Assembly: GCA_963809895.1 (NCBI GenBank)
Contig: CAWELD010000003.1
Coordinates: forward strand, 608,001-672,000
From: an uncultured Gemmatimonadales bacterium
GTDB lineage: Bacteria > Gemmatimonadota > Gemmatimonadetes > Longimicrobiales > Gaopeijiaceae
DNA: 64,000 nucleotides
Direction of reading: 5' to 3'
Shown here: one piece after another, positions 53,807 to 63,765 of the stretch
Numbering within the stretch: the stretch's first letter is position 1
Layout of the letters: each line of letters begins with the position of its first letter
Position numbers and translations under genes: made by a program
The notes under the pieces: model-generated
Told to the model about the DNA's origin: nothing
Databases searched by the model: none
The model's input: only the letters and a program-made list of their open reading frames with translations

Positions 53807-54934
53807 ATGTTCGCCGCTAGGTCTGCCACTACTCTTCTTGTCATGCTTGCGTTCACGTCTCCATACCCCGCCCAGGCCCAGCACCTCTCGCTTGAGCGGA
53901 TCTGGTCCGTCGGGTCGGCCTTCGGTTCAGAGTCAGAGACCTGGGTTCGCCTGGAGGACGCGACGGTGGTAGACGGCTATGTCGTTGCCGTGGATCCCTT
54001 CTTGCCAACCGTTAGGGTCTTTACGGTTCGGGGTGAGTACGTAGGCGAACTGGGTCGAACCGGGGCTGGCCCTGGAGAATACAGTGCTCCTGTTTCGGTT
54101 CACGCGGACGATGGTGGATTTCAGGTGCACGACCTTCAGCAGAGCCGTTCCGTTTGGTGGCGAATCACCGCCGATGGGATCGAGCACGACCAGACCACGC
54201 TGGAATACGAGCAACCGAACGCCCGGTGGCTTCGACCGGCGCGAGGTGGCGGGAGCGTCGTGTGGACCGTTCTGGTGGTGCGAAACAATCAACCCGAGGA
54301 CCACGTCGTGATGTTCGCGAACGGGTCGCGTGCCGACACCCTTGGGCATGTTGATCCAAACCCGATCCGGTACGTCCTGAGAGACATGGAGTCAGCCGGT
54401 GTAAGAACGAGCGGCAGGGCGAGCGCCTTCACGGCCGGCGGCGCCTGGCTATTGGGCGACTCACTGCTTGTTATCGTCGACGGGTGGACGAATCGTGCCA
54501 ACCTGTATCGGATGGACGCCGGTGGGCCGTCGCTCTCGAAGACTGTGACACCCCCGGCCGTGACAGCAGTCGCTCGCTCCAGGTCCGGCGACCAGGAGAA
54601 GCTCAAGCGCTGGTGGCTGCACCGAGGCGGAAATGAGAGCCTGGACGACACGGGGGTGCGCCGAGTCTTCATGCCCGACAGCGTCCCCATCTGGTCCAAA
54701 GTCGTCGGCGACGAAGAGGGCAACATCTGGCTCCGCGACGGCTCCGTTCAACGGCTACGAACTGAGAAAGGCGAGCACTGGCTGCGCTGGAACGTGGCGG
54801 ATGGCACGTTTACTTGGGTCGACGTGCCGTGGGGTGTCGAGGTCCTTCGCTTTCGCGACGGATACATGGTGGGTCGTGAAACGCTCGAATTCGGAACCTT
54901 GGGCCTCAGCCTGTTTCGTTTGATCGAGTCGTGA
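53807..54934 (+). CDS. Secreted 6-bladed beta-propeller protein
   Basis: Signal peptide AQA, LGRTGAGPGEY, GDEEGNIWL. Confidence 0.75.
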   Translation: MFAARSATTLLVMLAFTSPYPAQAQHLSLERIWSVGSAFGSESETWVRLEDATVVDGYVVAVDPFLPTVRVFTVRGEYVGELGRTGAGPGEYSAPVSVHADDGGFQVHDLQQSRSVWWRITADGIEHDQTTLEYEQPNARWLRPARGGGSVVWTVLVVRNNQPEDHVVMFANGSRADTLGHVDPNPIRYVLRDMESAGVRTSGRASAFTAGGAWLLGDSLLVIVDGWTNRANLYRMDAGGPSLSKTVTPPAVTAVARSRSGDQEKLKRWWLHRGGNESLDDTGVRRVFMPDSVPIWSKVVGDEEGNIWLRDGSVQRLRTEKGEHWLRWNVADGTFTWVDVPWGVEVLRFRDGYMVGRETLEFGTLGLSLFRLIES

Positions 54935-55111
54935 AGTCGGAGGTCGGGGGGCACCTCTTGCGGCCCTTCAGCCGGCGCCACGGAACAGTGATTCTTGCGG
55001 CCGAGGTGCGATCCACGCAATCCTGCTCGCGGACCAGCCCCCCAGGACCGGTCCAAACCCTCGGTCGGGATGCGGGTGACTTCTCGGCACCCCGTTTCTG
55101 GTCCACTATAA

Positions 55112-56345
55112 CCCGGCTCATTCATGAGGGCAGGGACTGTTCGAGGATTTTGGCTTAAGGTTCCGGGAAGGGGGCGTGCGGTGGGAGTCTGAGCATCGCG
55201 AGGATAGAGACCCCCTTACCCCCATGGGGGTTGTGGAGGTGAGTGGATTCCCGGCCTGACTGGGGGACTACGCTGGAACAGGCAGGGCCGGGGCAGCGGG
55301 GGAACCGCGGGCGGGTGGCAGCGCCTGGAGGGCGGAGCGGAAGCGCTGCCAGAGGGGAGCACGAGCGGCGGCAATGACGACGGTGACATAGCCGCTGCCG
55401 AGGAGGACACGGGCGGCGGTCTTGAGGAGGAAGGTTCGGAACCGTTCGCGGCTCATGCGGACGTCGCGGTCGCGGCTGAGCAGATCGGCGCCGGCGGCGA
55501 GGATATTCGCGGCGAGAAGGCCCAGGAGGAGCTTTGCGTCGTTGGCGGCGAAGGTGTCGGGCTCGTCCTGCCGCGGCGTCCGGATCGGGCGTTCCCGGTA
55601 GTGGCTCTTGGGGCGTGGCGAGGAGGAGAGGGTGGGGCCGACGGTGCTCTTGAAGGCGCCGAAGTCGCCCTCGGCCGTGCCGCGACGGCGGTATCGAGCG
55701 AGGAGGTCGGACGCGCGCTCCTCGTGGGGCGAGGCGCTGGTGAGCAGAAAGAAGTGATCGAGGAAGAGATGCTGCTGTTCGTCGGGGCGCTCGAGCACGA
55801 CGAGGACGACGCGGCGCGCTCGGCTCCAAGTCCCGGCTTGGTAGGAGAGTTCGTGGAACCAGGTGCGGCCTCCGGCCGGAGGCCGCCCGGACGGGCGGCG
55901 CAGGAAGGGCTTGGCCATGCGCTCGAGCACGGAATTCGAGCGGAGGCGACAGACGTAGGGAATCCCCTCGTCCTCAAGGGTGTCGAGAAGGGTCGGGGCC
56001 GGGAATCCCGCATCGGCACGGAGCCAGACGCGGGGGACGAGGGTGCGGAGCCAGCGCAGGATCGGCAGCACAAAGTCGAGGCCGCCATCGGCCGTGTGCA
56101 CGTTGCCCTCCCGGAGCTGTCCGCCAAGGAAGTAGCGGCCTTCGACGCTGGCGACGAGAGGGTGGAAGCAGCGGATGCGGTAGTGGGCGTTGTAGGCCGT
56201 GCCGGGCTGATGGCCGTGGACCTCGTGGGGGAAGGAGTCCAGGTCCAGTGTGAACTCCCCGTCCGATCGGTTCAGGAGCGGCACGATGAGCTGACGGAGC
56301 AGGCACGCCAGACCCTCCCGGTTCGCCTCGCTGCCCAGGACGTAG
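55112..56345 (-). mobile_element. IS1380-family element, 5'-truncated
   Basis: Transposase remnant LDLDS..HGHQ, LRADAGF, YRRRGTAE, RFRTFLLK; terminus CCCGGCTCATTCATGA at 55112; other end absent. Confidence 0.8.
55268..56345 (-). pseudogene. IS1380 transposase lacking its N-terminus
   Basis: ORF 55268..56353 begins mid-domain at the junction with the ABC transporter fragment. Confidence 0.78.
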
Positions 56346-57845
56346 CTCGCCAATACCCTGAGCGGCCACTACGGACAGGTGGTGTCAGCGCATCTGACCG
56401 CGGGTAGCACGGTGTTCATGGTCAACCACGTGCACCACCTGCCGCTTCGGTTCTTCGAGCGCATGCCCGTGGGCGACATCCTCTCACGCTTCGGAGACCT
56501 GCGCACGTCGCTGGCGTCCGTGCGGCGGCTCTTCGACCTGGTGTTCGTCCGGATGGTCTTCCTCGTGCTCATCCCCCCCATTCTCATCGCCATGAACTGG
56601 CGCCTGGCGCTGGTCGCGTTCGCGGCGGTCCCCCTCACCTGGGCCGCGAATGTGGCCACGGGTCGTGCCCTGCGGCGGAGATGGCGGCGGGTGGCGGAAT
56701 CCGGGGCGGAGCTGCGGGCCTTGAACATCGAGACCCTGAGTCACATTCGCCTCCTGAAGGGGATGGGCCTGGAGGGGGCGTCGTACCGGCGAACGGCCGA
56801 GACGGCCGGGGCGGCCAGAGCGGAGGCGCTGGACGCGGCTCGACTGAGTGTTGGGCTGGGCCTGCTGAACGGACTGGTTCGTACGGCCGGCTCCCTCCTG
56901 CTGACGTACGTGGGGTGGCGAATGATCCTCGCCGGGGGCCTTACCCTGGGCACCTTCATCGCGTTCATGGCCTACCTGGGGCGGGTACAGGGCCCCCTGT
57001 CGCAGATTTCATCGCGTTTCAGCGAGTTCCAACGGACGGCCATCACATTGGACCGCCTCTTCGAGCTGTTGGACGAGCCGACGGAAGCCGATCCCACGGT
57101 ACACTACGATGCGGCCTTCCGCCCCGCGCCGGTGCCCTTTGACGGGGCCATACGCGTCGAGAGGCTGCGGTTCGTCTACGAGCGGGGCGAGTTCTCCGTG
57201 GAGATACCCGAGCTGGATCTGCCGGCGGGCTCGGTCACGGGCCTGGTGGGGGCGAGCGGGTCCGGCAAGTCCACCTTGCTCCGCCTGCTGGCCGGGTTGG
57301 AGCGACCCACCGACGGGAGCATCCACTATGGCGCACACGCCCACTACGCGCTCCCACTTGCGTCGATACGCCGGAGTGTGGCGGTTGCGTGGCACACCCC
57401 GGACCTCCTCCGCGGCTCCCTTGGCAGCAACATCTTCTACGGCCTCGAGAGCGTGGACGACGCGCGGTTGGCGGAGGTGCTCGCGGTCTGTCGACTGGAA
57501 TCGTTGGTAGCGTCGCTCCCCGAAGGCCTGGACACGCCCGTGGCCGAGTGGGGCTCCACGCTCTCCGCCGGCCAGCAGCAGCGCCTGTCCCTGGCGCGGG
57601 CTCTCGTGCGGGACGCGCCAGTGGTCCTTCTGGACGAGGTGACGTCGAATCTTGATCCCGAAACCGAGGCCGAGCTCATGCCCGGTCTCATCCGACTGCT
57701 GAGAGGCCGGACGGTCGTGCTTGCCAGCCACCGAGCCTCGACCGTGGCTTTCGCCGACCGGACCTGCCGCATGGTGGGCGGCCGAGTGGTGGGAGTGACG
57801 GGCGAGGAGACGGCGCGGCGAACCCATGTGGCGGCCGCTGGCTGA
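56346..57845 (+). pseudogene. 5'-truncated ABC exporter (PCAT/HlyB-like TMD + NBD)
   Basis: LPLRFFERMPVGDILSRF, LTLGTFIAF, GASGSGKST, LSAGQQQR, LLDEVTSNLD; first TM helices and any C39 domain are missing. Confidence 0.8.
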
Positions 57846-57859
57846 GCAAGGAGGTGACC

Positions 57860-58360
57860 ATGTCGGGGTTGCTCGTGATTTCGCCACTGCGTCTGCCCGA
57901 ACTCGGTCGCGATCCGGGCAGGGGATTCCCACTGCCTCGAAGCCTTCTGCTCGGCTCCTGCACCCTGCTGGTCCTGACACTCGGCGCTGCTGCATTGGTC
58001 CTTCCGGCTGGTCAGGGCGCTGCCGCCGTCACGATGACCGGACGGATCGAGCGTGCCACGCGGGTGAGATTCACACTTCCTCCGGGCACGTCGAGAAGAC
58101 TCACGCCGGGTGAATCGCTCATCCTGCGCCTCGCCACCAACCCAGCGGAGGAGGGCCGCCGCGTGCGGGGGCGCGTTGCGGAGGCCGCGCCCGTGCAGTC
58201 GCCTGAAGGGCCGACGACGACGGAAGTGGTCGTGGCTCTGGATGGCCCCGAGCGATGGGATTTCCCTCCTGGAGCAATGCTCACCGTCGAGCTTCCCGCC
58301 GGGCCGAACGTGGGGATGGGTGGTATGGTTCAACGTCTTCAGTCAAGGCTCCTTCGATGA
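57860..58360 (+). CDS. Short membrane-anchored HlyD/MFP-like protein
   Basis: RBS AAGGAGG, one TM, VRGRV and FPPGAMLTVEL beta-barrel-like motifs; follows the ABC exporter. Confidence 0.5.
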   Translation: MSGLLVISPLRLPELGRDPGRGFPLPRSLLLGSCTLLVLTLGAAALVLPAGQGAAAVTMTGRIERATRVRFTLPPGTSRRLTPGESLILRLATNPAEEGRRVRGRVAEAAPVQSPEGPTTTEVVVALDGPERWDFPPGAMLTVELPAGPNVGMGGMVQRLQSRLLR

Positions 58361-59100
58361 CCAGCGCAGAAGCCAGCGCCGCGCTGGTGCGGGCGCGGGG
58401 TCGGGATGTCCGCGTGGCCGTCGTTGACAGTGGCTGGCCCGCCGATGTCACACACCCGCAGATCCTCCCGATGGCGGATGCGCCCGGCTCCGAGTCCGGC
58501 GACAGGGTGGGGCACGGGACCCTCTGCGCCCTCCGGGTGCTTCAGGTCGCGCCTGGAGCCCAGGTGGTGCCCGTGCGGGTCTTTCACAACCGCCTCGAAA
58601 CCTCTGTGCCGGAACTGTGCCAGGGAATCGAGGCGGCCGTGGAGTTCGGCGCCCGCATCGTCAATCTCAGCCTCGCCACCCGTCGCGAGGACGCGCTCCG
58701 CCCCCTCTACCAGCGCTGCGAGGACGCCAGGCGCCGAGGGGTGATCGTGGTGGCGGCGGCGCACAATATGGGCGGACGCGCGTTCCCCGCATACTTGGAG
58801 CCCGCGCTCTCCGTGGGAGCGGGCCCGCAGACGCATCTCCTGGACTTCACGTTCGAGCCGGATGAGGTCATCGAGTGCACGACAGCATCCTCTGGCGTGC
58901 CGATCGCGGGGGTGGACGGCCGACCGATCTGCCGGCACGGAAGCAGCATTGCCGCCGCTACGCTCTCTGGCATCGTGGCGCGCGTGCTGGAGATCGGCGC
59001 CGGCGATCTGGATGAGGTACGGATCTGGCTCGCCCGGGTCGCTCGACCGGGTAGCCGGCGCCCACCGACCGAACACAACTCCGTCGGGAGTGAACGATGA
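58357..59100 (+). CDS. S8 subtilisin-like serine peptidase, no signal peptide
   Basis: VAVVDSG, GHGTLCA, VNLSL, VAAAHN, GSSIAAATLSG. Confidence 0.85.
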   Translation: MTSAEASAALVRARGRDVRVAVVDSGWPADVTHPQILPMADAPGSESGDRVGHGTLCALRVLQVAPGAQVVPVRVFHNRLETSVPELCQGIEAAVEFGARIVNLSLATRREDALRPLYQRCEDARRRGVIVVAAAHNMGGRAFPAYLEPALSVGAGPQTHLLDFTFEPDEVIECTTASSGVPIAGVDGRPICRHGSSIAAATLSGIVARVLEIGAGDLDEVRIWLARVARPGSRRPPTEHNSVGSER

Positions 59101-60395
59101 GCAAACGCAGGCAGCGCGGAGTGTACGTCGTATTCGTCACGACGCTTTTGGGGAGTGCATTGGTGAACTCCGGCTGTGAGTCCTCGGCAGGGGGGCCCGA
59201 GCCGACCACAATGGAAGAGTGGTCCACAGCGGGTGGCCTCCGTTTCGGTGATCTGGACGACCCGGACTACTCCTTCGGCGTCATGGGTGCGATCGCGGTG
59301 GCGTCCGACGGTTCCATGTTCACGGCGCACCCTCGTGAAGGCGAGATCCGCGAATGGACGGTGGACGGGAAGCCGGCGGGAAAGCTTGGGGGACGAGGCC
59401 AGGGACCAGGTGAGTTTACGGGGCTGGGCGACATCGGGCTCAGCGGGGACACCTTGTGGGCCATGGATCGACGGACGCAGCGCGTGACCTATTTCGATCC
59501 GGAGGGCAAGGTCGCTCGCACCGTTCCTCTCACCGTCGACACGCGGGGCCAGACGAGCGACCCGACACTGGGCAATCCCCGGCCCAGCGATCCGCTGCCT
59601 GACGGCACGTTCTACGGGCAACAGTCCGGCATCCTCCCGCAGATGGCGGGGCGCGACACGACCTTCATCCTCCACCTCCATCTCGATGCGCGCTCACGCG
59701 TCCTGGACACGGTGCTGGCGCAGCCCATCCTCCGGCGGGATCGCATGGCTGTCCAGCCGGCACCGGGTTCGCGCCGGTGGCTGTACGGCTCGCAGCCGTT
59801 CGCGGGGTCCCCACTCACCTCGTTCGAGCCCGGCCAGCAGGCCGTCGTGGTCGTGGATCGGCGAACGCACCAGGGTCAGGGGCTTGCCTCCTTCTCCGTG
59901 ACCAAGGTGTCCATGACCGGCGACACGATCTTCCGGCGGGAGATTCCGTACGTGCCCGAACCCGTGGACCAGGAGACGGTCGATCGCGTCGTGGACGCCG
60001 ACGTCCGCCAATGGTTGGCGCAACAACGCCCGGATGGCGACCTGGATCAATCAAGGCTCGAGGAACTCGCCCGGGGGGCGCTCTACGTCCCGACCTACTA
60101 TCCGCCGGTATCATTTGTCGTCATGGGGCGCGACGGGACGATCTGGCTGCGGGACGAGCGCCCCACATCCGCCGAGATCGGGTGGACAGTTCTGGACAGC
60201 GATGGCCGGCCTCTGGCCCGGATTCGCCTGTCGACGATCTTCCAGATGAAGGTCGCCGATCGTGACGCAGTCTGGGGTCTAACGTCGGATCGGGCCGGAG
60301 TGTCCTATGTCATCCGCTATGATCTCAGACACGCGCCGGCGCCTGCGGATGGCACTGCGGCCGGCGCGGGTGACTCGGACGGCGAATCCCCCTGA
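59097..60395 (+). CDS. 6-bladed beta-propeller lipoprotein
   Basis: N-terminal signal with NSGC, LGGRGQGPGEF, GRDGTIWL, DRAGVSYVIRY. Confidence 0.8.
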   Translation: MSKRRQRGVYVVFVTTLLGSALVNSGCESSAGGPEPTTMEEWSTAGGLRFGDLDDPDYSFGVMGAIAVASDGSMFTAHPREGEIREWTVDGKPAGKLGGRGQGPGEFTGLGDIGLSGDTLWAMDRRTQRVTYFDPEGKVARTVPLTVDTRGQTSDPTLGNPRPSDPLPDGTFYGQQSGILPQMAGRDTTFILHLHLDARSRVLDTVLAQPILRRDRMAVQPAPGSRRWLYGSQPFAGSPLTSFEPGQQAVVVVDRRTHQGQGLASFSVTKVSMTGDTIFRREIPYVPEPVDQETVDRVVDADVRQWLAQQRPDGDLDQSRLEELARGALYVPTYYPPVSFVVMGRDGTIWLRDERPTSAEIGWTVLDSDGRPLARIRLSTIFQMKVADRDAVWGLTSDRAGVSYVIRYDLRHAPAPADGTAAGAGDSDGESP

Positions 60396-60487
60396 TCCGC
60401 CGCTGCCTCGGCGCCCGGAGAACCACACGTATTGGCGACCTGGGGGCAAGCACCGCTCACAAGGGACGAGCTCTCTCGGGCTTCTTC

Positions 60488-61342
60488 CTATCGGTCCATC
60501 CGGATGAAGCCGAGAGCATCGAGAAGCGGAGCCGCAAGCTCGATCAGCGGACGCTGCCGCAGGGTCGGAAGAGTTTGATCGTAGGTGCGGGCAATTCTCT
60601 TCCGCAGCGCAGCGGCCGAAGACACACCAAAGCGAGGATAGAGGGCCTTGAGCGAGATCTGGTTGAGGTAGACGAACAAGTGTAGGCACAGGTTCGCGCG
60701 AGCCATGTAGTCCAGCCGCACCCCCGCCTCCTTCGCGAAGCGCTCCAGGTCCCGCTGGCCCCACGCGCTCATCGCCACCAGGTCCCGCGCCACCTCGGAC
60801 GGGAATCCGGCGCGTCCTGTTGGAGGCGGCCACGACGTGATCGCTGTAGCCACGACGCGCTTGAGGGGCATCCTCCAACCTGATGCCTCCACCAATTCCC
60901 CAATACGGGTGAATAAGGCAGACGAAGCGCCTTCGATGATCCGGCGCCGAAGCTGATCGTCGTCTACGCCGGCAGCGAGAAACAGTCGGCCCGCCGAGGC
61001 TCCTGAACGCCTCGCGGCCTCACGGAACCGGCTCGGGTGGGCCCGTAGAAGAAAGGGCACGCACCTCTCTCTTGCACTGTCTGCGATCTTCGACAATCCC
61101 TCCAAAGCGGTATCAGGGCCGTCGCGTCCCATGTCGAAGATGACGATGGATGCCCCAGACACGCAGGCCAGTGCCCGGTCCGGGTCGGGCATGACCTCCA
61201 CCAACCACTCCCGTGGGAGGATCCTTGTGAGATCCGACTGGGAGTCGAGTCGCACGACCAAGACCTTCCCTGGGTCGCCCGGGCGTAGGCCACGATCGGT
61301 GATTCCGAGCTTCTTCAACTGTTTCCTGAGGTGTTGATGCAT
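60488..61342 (-). CDS. Putative degenerate receiver-like/AraC-like transcriptional regulator
   Basis: N-terminal alpha/beta IVIFD segment; C-terminal SLKALYPRFGVSSAAALRKRIAR resembles an AraC second HTH. Confidence 0.45.
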   Translation of the reverse strand: MHQHLRKQLKKLGITDRGLRPGDPGKVLVVRLDSQSDLTRILPREWLVEVMPDPDRALACVSGASIVIFDMGRDGPDTALEGLSKIADSARERCVPFLLRAHPSRFREAARRSGASAGRLFLAAGVDDDQLRRRIIEGASSALFTRIGELVEASGWRMPLKRVVATAITSWPPPTGRAGFPSEVARDLVAMSAWGQRDLERFAKEAGVRLDYMARANLCLHLFVYLNQISLKALYPRFGVSSAAALRKRIARTYDQTLPTLRQRPLIELAAPLLDALGFIRMDR

Positions 61343-61470
61343 CCGCACCGCCGGCTATCCTCAGGGAGGGTAATCGCATCATACATGCACGTGAACGCGA
61401 GACACAAGTGTAGTGTTTATGCCGCCGTCGAAACGCCCGGGCCAGTCACCGCCCAGAGGCCGAACCCGTG

Positions 61471-62928
61471 TCATGCCGACCCCGGCTCCCTGGTGGAGGC
61501 CCACGGCCCGGGAAGCCTGACACGCCCGCCTGCGAGTTGCCGCGCGGCTCGCGCGTTCCACTCACCCCCTCGAAAGATCGAATCCACATCTAACACTCTC
61601 CGTCGGACGCGACATTTCTGCTTCGACCGCAACGGAGTCTCTCCGAGGCAACCAGTTGGCGCACGCAACCCCTTCAGGTAGGTGATGACGGGCGCCGCAC
61701 CCGAGGAGGGTTCCTCTGGGCCCGCGTCCTCGACCGCGTAGCGCAGGACGTAGGGCACGCCCAGCTCGTCGGTGGTGACGCCCCAGACCGCGTCGCGGGT
61801 GGCGTCCAGGATGCGGAAGTCGGCGGGCGCCTGCACCCGGGCCCCGAGCCGGCCGGCGGTATCGAAGACATCCCAATCCCGCACGGGGTCGCCGGAGACC
61901 TTTTCGCGCGCCACCCACACCGTGCCGTCACGTCCTACGGTCAGGTCGCTTGCGGGAGGATAGGTGGCCGGGAGGAAGATGGTCCGGCGCAGCTCCGACT
62001 CGCTCACGGTGGGATTGGCCCAGGCCTGGATTACCGTGTCCTGAAACGCACGATCGACCGGCCGAGGGTCGTACGGCACGCGCACCGAGAACGTCGTGTC
62101 GCCGGAGAGGGCGACTCGCGTGACCCCATAGGTGGGCCGAGGGTCGTCGGGGACCACACGCCGATCCACCAGGACCACGGATCGGCCATCCGGCGCGAGC
62201 TGCCAGAGCGTCACGTCGGACCAGAGTTGTGGAAAGACCGAGACTCCCTGAATCTCTCCACCGCTGAGCTGGGTGAAGACGGCGCGGTCATGGGCCGCGT
62301 AGCGCGTCGCGATCGGCGTCGTCCGGTTCTGGCTCGGGGACTGGAGTAGGAGCGGGAAGGGGTAATCCGAGCCTTCGAGATCGGAGCCGAACGCGGCGCT
62401 GGTGGCGATCACCACGGCGTGGCCGGGGGCCAGGACGCCGGATGGCCCCTGGACACCCTCGGCGAGCCCCTGGGCCTGCTCCATGGGAAAGTCGTTCAGG
62501 AAGGTCCCGGCCGTATCGAACAGGCTGAAGCGCCGAGCCCGGTTGTCCGCGACCCACAGCGTATCCCCGAGGAACCCCATGGCCGAGACGCCGGCGAACT
62601 CACCCGGGCCGTCGCCCCTGCGACCGACCCGGCGTACCAGCTGGCCCCGGGCGTCGAATACGCGGACCTGACCATCCGGGGGCTGTGCGACCCACACCCG
62701 CCCTCCGGGACCGACGGCCAGGGTGTTCACGTTCACGAGAGCCTGCGCGGTATCGTCGAGACTGCCGATCCGCACCGCCGGCTCCGTCGCCAGGCGGCGT
62801 CGGTCGGGAGCGGACGATGTGGTGCGGTCGCCGCCGCACGCAGCCAGGAGGAGGAGCGTCGGGCCGAACAGGGCCACGACGAGCCATGGAATCGGCGCGG
62901 TCCGAGGAGGTGTGACGAATTTTCGCAT
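61471..62928 (-). CDS. 6-bladed beta-propeller lipoprotein (with atypical C-terminal tail)
   Basis: Lipobox LLAAC, VGRRGDGPGEF, GRDGTVWV, DELGVPYVLRY. Confidence 0.82.
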   Translation of the reverse strand: MRKFVTPPRTAPIPWLVVALFGPTLLLLAACGGDRTTSSAPDRRRLATEPAVRIGSLDDTAQALVNVNTLAVGPGGRVWVAQPPDGQVRVFDARGQLVRRVGRRGDGPGEFAGVSAMGFLGDTLWVADNRARRFSLFDTAGTFLNDFPMEQAQGLAEGVQGPSGVLAPGHAVVIATSAAFGSDLEGSDYPFPLLLQSPSQNRTTPIATRYAAHDRAVFTQLSGGEIQGVSVFPQLWSDVTLWQLAPDGRSVVLVDRRVVPDDPRPTYGVTRVALSGDTTFSVRVPYDPRPVDRAFQDTVIQAWANPTVSESELRRTIFLPATYPPASDLTVGRDGTVWVAREKVSGDPVRDWDVFDTAGRLGARVQAPADFRILDATRDAVWGVTTDELGVPYVLRYAVEDAGPEEPSSGAAPVITYLKGLRAPTGCLGETPLRSKQKCRVRRRVLDVDSIFRGGEWNARAARQLAGGRVRLPGPWASTREPGSA

Positions 62929-63114
62929 CGGGCTTTCACCAAGGTCGGGACGTGTTCATGAACACACGCAAACTACGAAGACATTCGTAATAAGACCAGA
63001 CATCGGGGGGATTTCCCTCATCGGGCCAGGTGCGACCGATGGGGCCCGAGGCCCGTGCCCGGAGGGCTGCCCGGGGGTGGCCCGGGACTCGCCGCTCCGG
63101 TACCTTTCGGCGTC

Positions 63115-63765
63115 ATGGCCCTTGCCTTCTTCATACCGCTTCTGCTGGTCTCGGTGGTGGCGCACGAGGTGGCCCACGCCTGGCAGGCCCGGAGGGAAGG
63201 GGACCGGACGGCGGAGGCCCAGGGACGCATCACCCTGAACCCGATCCCGCACCTGGACCTGTGGGGGTCCTTCCTGGTGCCCGCGCTCCTCTATGTGGGA
63301 GGCGGCGTGGTCTTCGGCTGGGCCAAGCCGGTGCCCGTGGATCCCCGGAACTTCCGCAGCCACCCATGGAGTGACATTCGCGTCTCGTTGGCGGGAATCG
63401 TCGCGAATCTGATCCTGGCGTGTGCCTTCACGCTGCTCGCGGCGGGAGCCGCATGGGGCGCCGGTGCCTTCCCGGCTCTGGCCGGGGCCCTGGACATCAC
63501 GCGCAGGGCCCTGTTCGACGGTATCTTCCTGAACCTGATCCTGGCCTTCTTCAACCTCCTGCCCATCCCGCCGCTGGACGGATCCCACGTGCTCTACCAC
63601 CTCCTGCCACCGGGGCTCCGGGACGGGTATCGCCGCATCGGTCGCGTGGGCATCCTGCTGCTCATGGCCATCGTGTTCTTTCTGCCCGGGCTCCTGCAGA
63701 CGCTCCTGAGCCCGGTCTACACGCTCATGGGCGTCGCCGACGCCTTCGTGCGCCTGTGGATCTGA
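63115..63765 (+). CDS. Site-2 protease, M50 family
   Basis: HEVAH, GRITLNPIPHLD, FGWAKPVPV, FNLLPIPPLDG. Confidence 0.93.
   Translation: MALAFFIPLLLVSVVAHEVAHAWQARREGDRTAEAQGRITLNPIPHLDLWGSFLVPALLYVGGGVVFGWAKPVPVDPRNFRSHPWSDIRVSLAGIVANLILACAFTLLAAGAAWGAGAFPALAGALDITRRALFDGIFLNLILAFFNLLPIPPLDGSHVLYHLLPPGLRDGYRRIGRVGILLLMAIVFFLPGLLQTLLSPVYTLMGVADAFVRLWI

Noticed and set aside
61585..61660. Additional attC (ATCTAAC...GTTGGCG)
   Set aside because: The core sites are not complementary and internal pairing is poor
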